DNA of 63,842 nucleotides, the filler included, from Bigelowiella natans CCMP2755 (taxonomy: Eukaryota > Protista > Cercozoa): assembly GCA_000320545.1 (NCBI GenBank). It is 3 parts of 3 records of this genome, joined end to end, with 100 filler letters (N's around TTAATTAATTAA, not from the genome) between each part and the next. Parts side by side here need not be neighbours in the genome. Positions count along the whole stretch, not along the records: positions 1 to 22,764 come from ADNK01002903.1; 2 more parts are not named here. One strand, 5' to 3'. Of this stretch, positions 1 to 18,354 are shown piece after piece; position 1 is the first letter of the stretch, and every line of letters starts with the position of its first letter. The notes below the pieces were generated by a model. It did not search any database, was not told where the DNA came from, and saw nothing but the letters and a program-made list of their open reading frames with translations. A program made the position numbers and the translations under genes.

Positions 1-78
1 GATGTTATCTATACCGCGTCTTGCGCCTCGGGAGGAGAGAGCATCATATAGTCTACATTCACGAAGAGGGCAAATGTC

Positions 79-120
<42 letters not shown>

Positions 121-437
121 CTACCTCCATGCGTGTGTGCGTGTGTGTGTGTGTGTGTGTGTATGAACGTGCCTATTCAATGCGCAAGACGCCGCATTTG
201 ACCGAACCGGATTCCGCATTCTGAAAATCACGCCTGTGCTCGATGCTGAAGGCCCCCAGCCAGCCATCATCTTCATCTTCCGCCTTGTCCTACTCATCCT
301 GCCGAGCAAGAGTTTGAGTCTTATGCGGCGTATAAGCTTTATTTATCGCGTATATATCAGGGTCGTCGATGGTGATGAGTTCCGAGGAAAAGGAGAACTC
401 GAAGAACATGACGGCGAGCCCCATCGTAGCGCAATAA
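1..437 (+). CDS. 3' end of an unidentified spliced gene (partial)
   Basis: Exon-like segments are separated by (CT)n/(GT)n tracts. A CAG acceptor near 360 is followed by a frame reading SSMVMSSEEKENSKNMTASPIVAQ* (stop 435-437). No recognisable domain; the frame is uncertain. Confidence 0.25.
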
Positions 438-560
438 GCTCCTCCGTAAGGTCAATAGATGATGACTATACGATGGAAAAGCCGCAAAGCAAGCTGAGAT
501 GGATGTCCCAGGAATGTCTGCTAGATGTACTGTACACACATCCATTGCAGCGTGCAGCGG

Positions 561-629
561 GTCGGCAGGCGGAGGCTGGTGCGATCGTGCGATGGGTCGG
601 CTAGTCGGCAGGCGGAGGCTGGTGCGATC
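561..629. repeat. 26-bp direct repeat GTCGGCAGGCGGAGGCTGGTGCGATC x2
   Basis: Identical copies at 561-586 and 604-629. Confidence 0.85.
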
Positions 630-2305
630 CTGATCGAGTGATGATGTTGTGATTGCTGTTGATGCATACATGCTAGCCTACCTAGCTATAGCATGTTTCT
701 AGACGCATGCTAGCATGCCTCGATGCTCAAGACAATGGACATAGTAAAAGCTGGACAGCTCGATCATAGCTATCTCGACAGCAGCATGCATCGATTAAGA
801 TTGCCACAAATCTAGAAATCCCAAAGTGACAGAGCTGACTAGCTGCTAGCCAATAAGCGAGCTCTAGAGCTGCATAGCTAGATAGCTATGTGTAGCTAGC
901 TAGCTAGATCTAGTAGATAGCACCATGCTCTAGCGCTACCTAGCACTGGAGTTTCTCATTAGCTACCTTGAGACATGTGCGTCTAGCTGTCGTGTGTGTG
1001 TGTGTGTGTGTTAGCGTGCGTGCATGCTAGCATGGCAGCACGCACGGCATGGCTAGCATGCCATCTGATCCATCATGGTCCAGTCTGCAAGTGTATGCTG
1101 GCATTCTTGCAGCTACATGTGGATGACAATGCTAGAATGGCGGCTGTGTGCTGATGTGCATGCGGCGTTCATTCGATTCGAGTGCCATTATTCACAGGCC
1201 ATCACAAACACGGCCATCACAGGCAGCTAGCCAGGCCCTGCTAGCCTGGCGGGATCATGGAAGATGTATCCGAAATTGCAAATGCTAGAATGCGAGCTCG
1301 TAGGTGCCGTTTGGCAACAAGCGCAGCACAGCTAGACGACAGCGCGTGCATGTGACCACAAACAAAAAAAACAAGTTGGTTGCGGGCTGCAAAAATCCAC
1401 ATTTTCGACAAAATATGTGGTCAAAACATGCTTTTTTGAGGTTTTGACGCACATTGAAAGGGCCTGGAGGACGAAATTCGTGCCGCGTTGAACAAACATG
1501 GAAACAAAACCGAGAGGTGTCACAATGAAAATTTGAAGCGCAATTCGTTCAGTGCTCAAATGTGGAATGTGCAACGCTAGAACGTGCGCGTAAAGGTCCC
1601 ACACGCTAGCACGCAACCGGCCATCATCGCAATCAGTAGACATGACGATGTGCATCATGTCATGTGAAAGCAATCGAAACGCATGCGCGCGCGACTAGCG
1701 CTAGCTAAGCTAGCTAGGCAAAAAGGATTTTGCAATTAACGCGAAAATCCGGGCGACACGTACACCAGCTAGCCAGCTAGTGCAGATCGAATACGCCAGG
1801 ACCAGCTGGCTATGCTATGCTAGTGACATGTGGTGGCCGTGAAATGCCAAGCGCGTGCATCGCACATGCTCAGCAGCTAGCTACGCTAGAGCATGCATAT
1901 GCGCACGCGTGCATGACGATGAACGGATCGATTATATCTGCAGGATTCATCAACAATTCGTTCATCTTTTCCGCCCGCTAGCCCGCCCCAACTACACTAC
2001 AGACAAGCACACTGTGGTACTAGAGTAGTACATCTAGACGAGCTGATCTCATCTAGTCATAGCAAGTAGCCGCGCGCATGCATGTTTTCATTGCGCTTGC
2101 GTGCGCACACGGACTTAGACACTCTTATTGTGAAACTGAACAATTAATGAGCAAGTTCATCGAGTTACTACCAGGCAACTTTTGCAATCATGACGTACGA
2201 TGGAGCACCAAAGTTAACTCATTTGTAGGTATCGTCGGTACCATCCACATGAATCATCTGCAAGGTCAGTGCGACTGGTGACTTTCACGCCTGGAAGCTC
2301 CCATC

Positions 2306-3013
2306 TTAGTTGGTGATGGTGAAGTTTCCGTGCTGGGAGTCCAGAACGATCGAGTGAGGGTGCTTGCTGTAGCATTCTCCCTGGCAAACGTCAAACTTGA
2401 TGTCGTAGCTTCCAGTTGGGAACTCAACAGGTGGGTCAGCGGAAGGGTTAGGGGTGCTGTCGAGGTTGAGAGTAACTTGGTAAGCCCCAGGCTTGAATCC
2501 GGTGTTAGGGAATCCTTGGGAGATGGACTGGAAGCCAGCTGGGCCCTTAATAGCAGCATGGATCTCACCAACGCCGGTTTCGTTAGCAACTTGGAACTGC
2601 ATGTTGATAGCGAACTTGGTAGAGGCAGGTCCGGAGGCAGGATCGGAGGTGATGGCCATGATCTGGCCAGCAGCATCATCCTTACCAGCAGGGCAGAACT
2701 TCACTTGCTCGCAGAAGTAGAAGGGGTCAAGATCAGCCTTTTCAATGATGCTAACGAATTCTTTGATTCCAACAGCAATGCAAGCGAGGTCGCAAACGGT
2801 GGCGCCAGCCTTGGAAGGGATAGCGGAGCAAAGCTTGGAGCATCCTCCTACAACTCCCACGTTGAGGATTTGGTTGAGGAGAATGTTGATTCCTTGTTCA
2901 GAAAGCTGGATGCAAGGACTGCAGAGGCCAAGCTCCTCTTTGACGAGGCGAGGCTCGCTCATGGAGATAGGGCCAGCAGCAGCAACAGCGAAGAGGGTGG
3001 TAAGGAGAAGCAT
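2306..3013 (-). CDS. Secreted countin-like saposin-B domain protein (235 aa, intronless)
   Basis: Signal peptide MLLLTTLFAVAAAG; six-Cys saposin pattern (LCSPC...GCSKLC...VCDLAC...DLDPFYFCEQVKFC); C-terminal CQGECYSKHPHS. This resembles Dictyostelium countin-family proteins. Confidence 0.8.
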   Translation of the reverse strand: MLLLTTLFAVAAAGPISMSEPRLVKEELGLCSPCIQLSEQGINILLNQILNVGVVGGCSKLCSAIPSKAGATVCDLACIAVGIKEFVSIIEKADLDPFYFCEQVKFCPAGKDDAAGQIMAITSDPASGPASTKFAINMQFQVANETGVGEIHAAIKGPAGFQSISQGFPNTGFKPGAYQVTLNLDSTPNPSADPPVEFPTGSYDIKFDVCQGECYSKHPHSIVLDSQHGNFTITN

Positions 3014-4217
3014 ACTGTTTATTCAAAACAATAAATGAGTGGCTTAGTTAAAAGGTTTCATTGATTCTGTTGCATTTCCTGTGAATGCATAAAGTTTTAC
3101 ATTTTAGAAGCGAGGCTAATGGGAGGTGGGAAAGGGAGGGTGCAAGTGCGTAAGTGGCGCAGGTTTACGTTCGATGAATAATGACAGGTGTGTGCGGCTA
3201 TTAAGAAACAACTATTGCACAAACTATTAAAATTAAAGTTTGATTTACATCAAATTATTCCATTATTTATCTCTAATGATAATAAAAGACTTCTATTTTG
3301 ATTTTTTGTATCAAAACTTTCCTCTCTATATCTCCAATTGTCGGTTTCCGACAAGATTTCCCATTGCAGAGAAAATGCACTGCGTTCATGCAAATATTTC
3401 AGTAAGAATTGTCATTTAAAGGTGTAAATGGCTCACATTTAGTCGCGCACCAGACTGACGACATGTCCCAAGTCGGGAACAGCTAATGGAATTATTGCTT
3501 TCAATTTTCAGTACAGTAACTAAATATGATACCACCTAAATATCGCATTTAAATGTACAAACATTCTGTCGTCTTATAAAATTACAATATAAAATATTAT
3601 GATATGAGATATGTATGTGCCATTTTTATCTTATATGTTCTGGAAAGATATTTTGGACTGAGATTTTCTTGCGGCGCCAGAAGGAGGGGTATCCATAGTT
3701 TTGTTATGTCGTTTATTTCCTATTTATCTGCTAGTTGTTATTGTCGTTACGTCTAGAATGCCTGATTCTTTATGAATCACTTGGAAATTTAAGAAAATAA
3801 AAGGTACAGTAGCTCTAAGTCATAAAGAGAAAAGTATCGTGCGATGATGTGATACGACAATTTAGAAAAGTTTGTTTATGCTAAAATGTCCTAGCCGAGC
3901 ACAACATTTCGAGGAATGGTCATGTACATGTTGTCGTAGATGCGTTTGACCCCCCATAAGGGCTGCGACCTTCTGGAAAATTCGGCAAAATTTCCTCTCT
4001 GGGATTTAAACCACCCGAATCTGATGAAAAGGATAGCGTTTGTTTAAGGAGACAACGCTAAGATGTTATTTTGAGGTTATTTACAGTTTCAGATTGCTTT
4101 CCAAGAATTTTCCAATTATTTTCCCGATTCTCTTCGTGCACTCCGCCTACGTCCTCTGGCTACTCACAAATCAACCACCACCCCAACCTACACAAGAAGA
4201 CAAACCCACACGCGAAG

Positions 4218-4367
4218 ATGGCACGCAAGGCTAACAACGGATCCTCAAAGAGGCGCACTGGAAAGAACAAGGCCAAGGAGACTTACAAGAAGTACGGAAA
4301 GTATACCAACAAGTCGCTTCGAATCAAGATGGCGACGCAAGCCAACCAGAAGGCAAAGAAGACTTGA
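4218..4367 (+). CDS. Small highly basic protein, 49 aa (MARKANNGSSKRRTGKNKAKETYKKYGKYTNKSLRIKMATQANQKAKKT)
   Basis: The ATG follows a C/A-rich leader, and codon usage is biased (AAG, AAC, TAC, GCC). The ORF sits at the far end of an AT-rich spacer, divergent from the countin gene. Confidence 0.6.
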   Translation: MARKANNGSSKRRTGKNKAKETYKKYGKYTNKSLRIKMATQANQKAKKT

Positions 4368-5766
4368 GACTTGATGCGATTCTTCAGTTTTTGAAACAAA
4401 CATTGTTGAAGAAACCTATTGAAAGAACTCTGACGCACTATTTTACATGGTTTGGCTACACCACAATGACGTGCTCCCAAAACCAGCCAGTCGCATTGAG
4501 CCTAGCCTCATAAATTGCCGGGGCCGAGAATTCGCTTCTCGCGGAAAAGTTTCTGAACGAGTCAGGAGAACAATCGTGGAGTGAATAAGAATCATATCGA
4601 TGCAGCTACCGAGATCTCCCGCCGAACGAAAGGGGGGAAACAGCGCGCAACGACAGGGTCGTATCAACACGGTTCAGCATTTCAGAGTCACGGAGCAGAT
4701 TTGTACCTCTGAGGGATGGAACACCGTGTTCGCGATGATAATAAGCGTTCGACTCATTTAATCACCCGGGCTGTTGTAATCGTACAATCATGTTCGTGCT
4801 TGCATCAGCGATTTCAGTCAAGTCGGCGACTGACCTGGAAGAGTCAGTCTGCACCCCCCGCATCAACTGTATCGAAGTGAATAGCACATAGATCGTGCGA
4901 AATTGCAAATGAATGAAATATACTTGTTAATTTGATAAGAATATTTCTACAAATGCACACATTGGAATAATGCCAGTGAGTTACGTATGCTCTGAGAGTA
5001 CAAATGCACTGCAGCACGAAAACTCGACGCTCTAGCGCTGATGGCACACATGAACAAAACTGCTCGTGCTGCCAGGCAACCAAATCTCAGAAGCTGCGAC
5101 ATACTAGCACATAGCTGTCGTTGTGCTATGCAAATGCTAGCCACGCTTGCGTTGATCGAAACCCGTCGACATTGTTATATCACGTTAGCATGAGTTGTGC
5201 GTTGTTGAACATTGATCCTTTCTAGCTTATGCAATTATGTAACGTGCATGCATGATAGACATGCAGTGTATTGCTGTGTCTATTATATGCTGTGTAGCAT
5301 CCAGATGCACTGCAGCCTAAATAGATCTTGGTGGATCGTCCGCCTTGTGCGCCATGAGACTAGCCATTACAATCACAAAATCGATCATCGGCGAAGCAAA
5401 AAACGAGCTTGCAATTGCTAGATTGATGTCAGTTGTCAATCTGCGCGCGACGCGAGCGCGCATGCATCTATTTCTAATCTCTAACTATTTCACTGCTAGA
5501 CTGCTAGACTGCTATGCGCAGCTTGAAAGCTGCACGGATCGGATGGTCATTTTAGATTTGCTACAAGCATGGGATCTTCACCTTTCGATCGACGATGCAA
5601 ATGCGTTTTTGATTGCTCATGCATGTTGAATTCATCCCGGTGCTGCATCGTGAAATCAGCTGCTTGTGGAGTCGGTACTTCCTGGCTTTGTCGCGATTCA
5701 TGGAAAGAATATAGTAAATTGTACACCCATGCGGAATCTCCTTTGCTTGTAAACGAGCAATTGACA

Positions 5767-5902
5767 TCATCTCCCCACTTCTTCTTCCATACTGCTGCTT
5801 CCTGGCTTTTTCGATGAGCGGTCGTTACTAGGGAGGTCCTCCCCTTCTCCAAGGTATAGATTAGAAACGCCAAGGCTGAGATCTCGAGCGTCCTTGTTTG
5901 CA

Positions 5903-5948
<46 letters not shown>

Positions 5949-7082
5949 CGAGAGAGAGAAAAATACAACTATAAAAGTGTGTAGGTGTCTGTATCTGTCT
6001 GTGTGTGTGCGTGCGCTCGCGTTGTTCTTCTCTTCACTATATGATGTGTTCCCTCATTTTTTTTCATACCAACCCTCGTTCTCAGAACAGCAGGGGCTGC
6101 ATGTGCACGTACTATTGTGCACTAGCTATCATCCGGGAAGTAGCACCTTCTCCATCTTGATGAGCTCGTTTGCCTTCGCCAGGAGATCGAGCAGCTTTTG
6201 GTCTTTCGCGCTCAGGACTAAACCGAGCCTTTCACGGCGTGCAAGGTCGGAGTGTTATTTTCCAAGGTTGTTGAAAATATAAAGAATTATACGGATTATC
6301 AATGAATATATACAATATATATATATATATATATATATATTTCTACTGCTAACTTTGAGTAGAAACGTGCTGCCACTGGGTTGCCATCGACTTCCAGCAG
6401 AATGAGCTCCGTCTGATCATTCGTTGGAAGATGCAATACCAATATACATACATATCAATAAATATATATTGCATAATATTTGTTATTTATGTCTAAAATG
6501 CACGTAAATCTTCCGTTTTATCTTCCAATCCCCCTCCCACCCCTGTTCACGAGTCTCGCTCCGAAGCGAGGTCGTTAACGTGCTAGAGCGAGGAGGTGGG
6601 AGGAGGAGGGAGAGAAAGACACACACACACACACACACACACAGAGAGAGAAAGAGAGAGATAGAGAGATAGAGAGAGAGAGAGAAAGGAAATTGCGGAA
6701 TACTGCTAGCAAAACACATTTTTAAAAATCCGGAGATCTAAGACCTTCCGCTGCAAAGCTTTTCTGAGCAAAGAACCCCATTCTTCCTTGAGAGACAGCG
6801 ACGCAATCCACATAAATATCTCCCTTGTATCCTCCCCCTCCTCCTCCCCCTCCTCCTCCTCTTCCTCCTTCCTCTCCAAAGCCTCCTCCCCCTTCTCTTG
6901 GTCGTCATTTCGAGCACAACCGCCCCCCTCCCCGTCTTGTGGAAGTGTGGTTTGGTAGGCCATCACGCGATCGATGAGCGCTTCAGGCGGGGGGATGGGG
7001 GGGGGCGCGTGGGCGCTTGTGACATCCGTGGTGATAACTGCATTCGATGCGAATCGAAGGACCTCCTGAAAGGAGGAAGAAT

Positions 7083-7123
<41 letters not shown>

Positions 7124-7149
7124 ATTACACGTATGTGTTTGTGTGTGTT

Positions 7150-7206
<57 letters not shown>

Positions 7207-7604
7207 AAGAGAGCGAGTGCGTGGGCCTGTGCGACGAGTGTTATACGATATGTGGGTATATATTCTACATATCAATTAGTATAATATTAATATATATATA
7301 TATATATATATATATACAAGATCATGCGACACCCAGAGATGCAAGGTACGTAGTGAGTATCGCACCCTCAAAGCCAGATCTACAAACTTCCGAGCTTCCT
7401 TCAAATGCCTCCCTTGACCATCACATTTGCACAAACGCTTTTTCAGTGTGCACCCTCCACAGCATGGCTGCTAAACGGCCAACTGACACATGGCCTCTCT
7501 CACAACGGATATACATATCATCTACGAGTTCCCCCCCGGGACGTAATATTGCTCAATCAGCGCAGCGGTGGCTGCTAGTACTATTATAGCTTAAATCGAA
7601 TATC

Positions 7605-7641
<37 letters not shown>

Positions 7642-8012
7642 CATCAGGATTCGTATATCCACACAACACACACCTTGGCCAATGTAGCAGTCGCAGCTTT
7701 GCGCCGATTTGATGTAGCAGAAGGCGGCGTTTAACCTAAAAGGAGAAAGAGCGAAGAAGATGGAAATGCACGCACTGAGAAGGGCTAGCCGTGTGTACGA
7801 AGCCATGCATATCGATGATGGCGATGCAATGAGGTTAAATCCATCCAAAAACGTGTGCGTATGATTGAGAGATGTCGCACTCTATATGCTGCATGGTATC
7901 GTCTTTGATATTCCTACCGGAGAGCATTGCAGGTGTACTCGCACCGAGAGAGCATGGTTGATGCTAGTCGTGTGTGCAAGAGGAGATGAATGCGTGGAAG
8001 TAGCAAGGCAAA

Positions 8013-8046
<34 letters not shown>

Positions 8047-8176
8047 AGCATGTAGCGAATGCGCGACTTAGAGAGAGAGAGAGAGAGAAAGAGAAAGAGA
8101 AAGAGAGAGGAAAGATAAACCGTAAGATATTATATCGATTGTATACAAACTTTATATTGGAACGATGAAGCGAATG

Positions 8177-8218
<42 letters not shown>

Positions 8219-8657
8219 CATACATATTTATATATTAATATACAAAAAACCAAAAATACCATGACTTCACCGAACCCAAATCTACAACTATGAGCCCCCT
8301 CTGTGTAGGAAACAGCACGCTACAAGCCGGGAAGTAGAGCATACAATATACGTGCAATGCTCAGAGGTTATTGTCCCCACCCAAAGTAGCATCGTCGGCC
8401 CCATCATCACAGTCCCAACGAGTAGCATTCTGGGCCGAAGCGGCATTCCTTGCAAATCCGCATACCCACACCACACCGAGCTGCACACAATGCATTACAG
8501 TTGAAGGGCAAACGTACAACCTCGGGATTCAATCAAAGTGCGACGGCTGACGTGTTCCTACCTGATACTCTCTCGCTGCATTAGCGTAATTTCCGTCTCG
8601 AAACAATTTCTGGTGGCATTCGTGCAGGGTATGCGTATTGATGAATGAACACAAATA

Positions 8658-8691
<34 letters not shown>

Positions 8692-9406
8692 TACTTCGTG
8701 ATGCGAGCGAGTACATTCATCATCACCATGATGCTGCAAATGTCGCCATCTTACGTTTCCATCCATCTTATGTGCTTCGGCGTTCTGCAGGCACTCGAAA
8801 GCAGTGTACCGCTGCGACTCTCTTCGTTGTTTATCGAGATGATCAGGGTATAGGAGGCTCTCCTCTTGCCCTTCACCATTTACCAGGTATCTTCTCGATT
8901 CTGTAAGGCTATATTTCATCCTGCGCGTCTACAATGGGCGGTGTGTTGGGAGAGCAATGGCGGTGTGTTGGGAGAGCAATGAGTCAGTCTTCGGTAGTCT
9001 CACAACGCGCTTTGTATGGTGCGCGCATTGCTGTGATGGCTACATGCGCATTTCCCCGCCTAATCGTTGATGGGTGATGCTACTACTATTATTTGTGGTT
9101 GAGGATTGTTAAATTTCCGCTCTTAATCGATCTCCCACCTTGCTCAGACGCTCGATATGCCTCTCCTCGCTCTGTGTGGGGAGGGCAAATCGGACGTGTC
9201 GTTTGAAATCAACAGAACGAAACCACTACAAGCATTGTCTTTACAGCCCTCTTCATCATCATCTCATCATCAGCATCTGCATCAGCAGCATCAGCATCAT
9301 CATCATGACAGCCAATGCAGTTACGCTTGGAAGGTTCTCTCCATCGTTAGTTCCAGCCTCTGACGACTGTGCGCAAAAGTAGTATTTAGGTTTGTGAGCA
9401 TAGCAA

Positions 9407-9447
<41 letters not shown>

Positions 9448-10066
9448 ATATAGCTTTTATGATAATCACATAAATGATCTTGAGTAAGACATGCGCATGC
9501 GAATATCGATTCCGTATTCCCTAGCACCGCAATCTATCATTATACATGCTCTGAATATACAAACTATGAACACATGCGTGTGTGTGTGTGTGTGTGTGTT
9601 GCTTGCTCTACCCATACATCTTGTTGATCTCCAACTCTCCATACCCCCTCGTCCTCCTCCTTAATCTCCGCGTCATCGGGACGCGACGGCAGGTTTTTCG
9701 CCTCTGGAAACACTTTCATTATGGGAGGTAATTCCCCTGATTTCTGTAGATCATCCCAACCCTGTCGCTCGTTTTGTCCTCCTTCTAAGCGACCCCCCCC
9801 CCGGTACAAGAGAAGCTGGTGGAGGGAGGCACGCTTGTAGACGCGGCTACGAACAACAACGAGGGATCATCTCAGCTTCTAAGACGATCTTCGATAATGA
9901 AAACGCATCCATTGTACACCTACCTTTTCATTTGTAGCCTTTGACCTGCCCCCTCTTCTACCAGTGGCGACGAATAAACGAGGAGGAGGATTAGGGCGAC
10001 GGTTTGAACGAAGGGAATAGCTGAAGGCCGGCCCTTACTCTGAGATCGAAGGGCAGCGACTAGCAT
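5767..10066 (-). CDS. Multi-exon TPR-containing protein with N-terminal hydrophobic (signal-like) segment
   Basis: Spliced exons give MLVAALRSQSKGRPSAIPFVQTVALILLLVYSS..., AEAHKMDGN|KLFRDGNYANAAREYQ (TPR helix), LNAAFCYIK, a Cys-rich insert, and a last exon DARDLSL...MEEEVGR*. Introns are full of microsatellites. Confidence 0.6.
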
Positions 10067-10563
10067 TTAGCATTCACGATATCCGCGCGAAAGGACCGCC
10101 GGTATTCCTCCGGGCACCGAGCACTGGGAAGGAGCGCACCATCCGAACGTGTCCTCCTCCATTCCGCTAGCCGGATTACTTTTTATAAATAATTCATGAT
10201 TAAAAAGATTGTCGTTCATAAAAAACTCATTCGAATTTCCAAAAACCATGTTAATTTGTCAGAATTGATGACGTAGAAATGAAAAGGGTCCCATTTCTTT
10301 TCTGTACCATGTTCTCCGCGATGATCAGTTCTAAGATCTTGTGAGAGACCGAGCTTCCCATTTCAGCTACTGTGAGAAACCTAAATGAGTCGCAAAATTA
10401 CTGGATGTGGTGAATTTTGTATAAATTTATCCTTTTTTACATGTCGTCATTAGATGTTATATGCCGTTGGTCCACAGAGTTCAGTCAAAGTCCTCGTCCT
10501 TCGCCTTACCCGAAAACCGCTCACACGAACCATCTTGATAAGGACTCTCGACGAGATCTGAAG

Positions 10564-16356
<5,793 letters not shown>

Positions 16357-16899
16357 ATAAGGTGTCTAAATGTGGAGTTGGCGGTGTAAGGGACATGGAA
16401 ACTTCAGGCCTCCGTTGCTAGGGGCAACAAGAAAACCGGCACGCTCTCTGTTGCTAGTGGCTACAAGAACATCGGCACTGTACACGGTGTTGGTAAGTGC
16501 TCGGGCTAGAGGACTAGCGGAGGCGCTCGCGGAATTCAAAAAGGAACACAATGTGTGCTCTAATTGCAAATTGCGTGACAATTGCAACTTCCCAGTGCAA
16601 AGAACGCCGTCAATGCTGTCAATGCATGCATGCATGCTAGCATGCGGTGGTCATTGGTCATGCGCGGTGGTGCACGTGTTGATGATTGCAGAAGGCATTC
16701 TTCTCATTAGCAGAATGTGTGATGGTCACAGCCCTGATTTCACGCCCCTCCTGAACCCCCACCAATTCATCTTTGTTCTGAGTGCAACTTGAAAGCAAAG
16801 ACATGCAATCACACATCGCACATCTACACTCAACTAGCAGCACACAGACACGCACTCACACTCCAGAGCACGCAAATCCAACCAAGCCGACGCTTCCCA

Positions 16900-17406
16900 A
16901 CGAAGGGAACTTTCGTCTAGCTGTTTCAAGGGACCAAAAGTTTCCAAAGCTGATGCAGGTCCCAACACTCCTCAGTGTTGGCAATCTTCAGCAATCTTTG
17001 AGCTTTCTTCAAGTCTTTGACGTCTTGCTTTCCAAGCAAGGAATTTCTTTGCACGCAGCACCCAAAGGCGACGCATGCACACACCAATGTCTTCCCACCA
17101 TTGGTTTCCTTCCACTCTTTTGTTGTTGTCGTTTGACCACCCGGATTCAAACGACGTGTCTTCTTTTTGGTCTCTCGTGATGAGCACGAGGACGTTGGAA
17201 ACCTCCTGGGTGGAAGGGAGGTTCCATTTCAATTGGTAGTCGCGCAGGATGTGTTGCACCATGTCTAGATGTGCCTGCATTTTGCACGCTCTTTGCTTGT
17301 CGTCGGTGTCCATTTTTCGCATCTTTCTGTGACTCGTTGTTTCGTCCTGGTCAAACGTGTGAATGTGCAGCAGTCTGCCGGGTTTGACGGAGCTGTGTTC
17401 GGACAC
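16900..17406 (-). pseudogene. Hypermutated relic ORF of unknown (probably TE-borne) origin
   Basis: 144-aa frame (16972-17406) in a TA-free region. It has His/Cys where Tyr would be expected (RACK, AHLD, QHIL, GVCM). No domain recognised. Confidence 0.3.
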
Positions 17407-17508
17407 ATTCGGACATGTCGGACAGTTTCAAGACCATGGCATCCCCAAGGAACTGCTCTGATGCGGGTTGAGCGACGACAAGCTAGCTAGGAAAAACACT
17501 GTGATTCA

Positions 17509-17920
17509 CAGCTCCGTCAAACCCGGCAACGACGGGGTCGGGAACAGTGCAGCGCTTTGCAACGCGCTTTGAAGCAGCAGGCAATTGCAGTTGGTCAAAG
17601 AAAAGTCGTCAGAACTTGTCCGATGGCCAAACCTCAAAAAATGACCGAAATGTTGACCCAAATGTCCATTTTCAAGGCTTGAGTGAGCGCGCAAAGTGTG
17701 GAAATTCACACCCGTTGTGCAGAGGATGCACGCTGCGCGTTTGTTCTCTGCCACATTTTGAATGCTTTTGCGCATGTGTTTGACCAAATGTGACATGCAC
17801 GAAAAATTTCAAAGCAATGCGAGCAAATCCAATGTCCATCACATCACATGACGCGCTTGGTCGCGCGCAAAAGCTTCCAAATGCATGTTCTGGCGATTCG
17901 TTGCAGGTTTGATGGAGCTG
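17509..17920. mobile_element. Non-autonomous TIR DNA transposon (MITE), probably Tc1/mariner-pogo class
   Basis: Left TIR CAGCTCCGTCAAACCCGGCA at 17509 and right TIR (GC)AGGTTTGATGGAGCTG ending at 17920. Flanks are CA and TG, both single-transition derivatives of a TA target duplication. A third, perfect right-end TIR copy lies at 17376-17395, followed by TG. Confidence 0.65.
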
Positions 17921-18354
17921 TGAAGATTGTCACAAGAGTTTTTGAATCAACTGCAGTTTCTTTTTTCTTCCACTTGATTGCTACGCATTTCGAGCTAGCA
18001 GCTGAGCAGTGGGTTGATTGTTGACTCACGTGCATCACCATGTGTCATGCATTTGACGACAACATCGTTGTCACCTCATGCAGCAGCACCTTGGCAAGGA
18101 ACAGTGCTCTTTTGCAGCCCAGACAACTTTTCCAGAATGCGCGCAGCTTGACACATGTTCGTTGAGCCACCGCTTGTGTCGTTGTGCGTTTGGCATGCAG
18201 TCACAATGATGTGACGACAGGCACTTCATGCAAAAGGAGTTGTGCTCATGCACACGTACATCAGATGTCCAGACGCACGTTGCACGTGGTGCACAGCAAA
18301 AGTGGCTACTGATGACATGGTTGGTTGTTGGGTGCAAAATGAAATCTGAAATTG

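Noticed and set aside
1300-1700. Possible decayed DNA transposon in the first spacer
   Set aside because: It is TA-poor and TE-like, but I could not find termini or a TSD, so it is not called.
2266-3038. Overlapping 234-aa plus-strand and other ORFs over the countin gene (similar shadows over MAPK and ChlI)
   Set aside because: They are antisense or alternative frames produced by codon bias, with no motifs.
7047-7589. ORFs with YIYI, CVCV, RERE, SLSL and HTHT runs throughout the window
   Set aside because: They are translations of intronic microsatellites.
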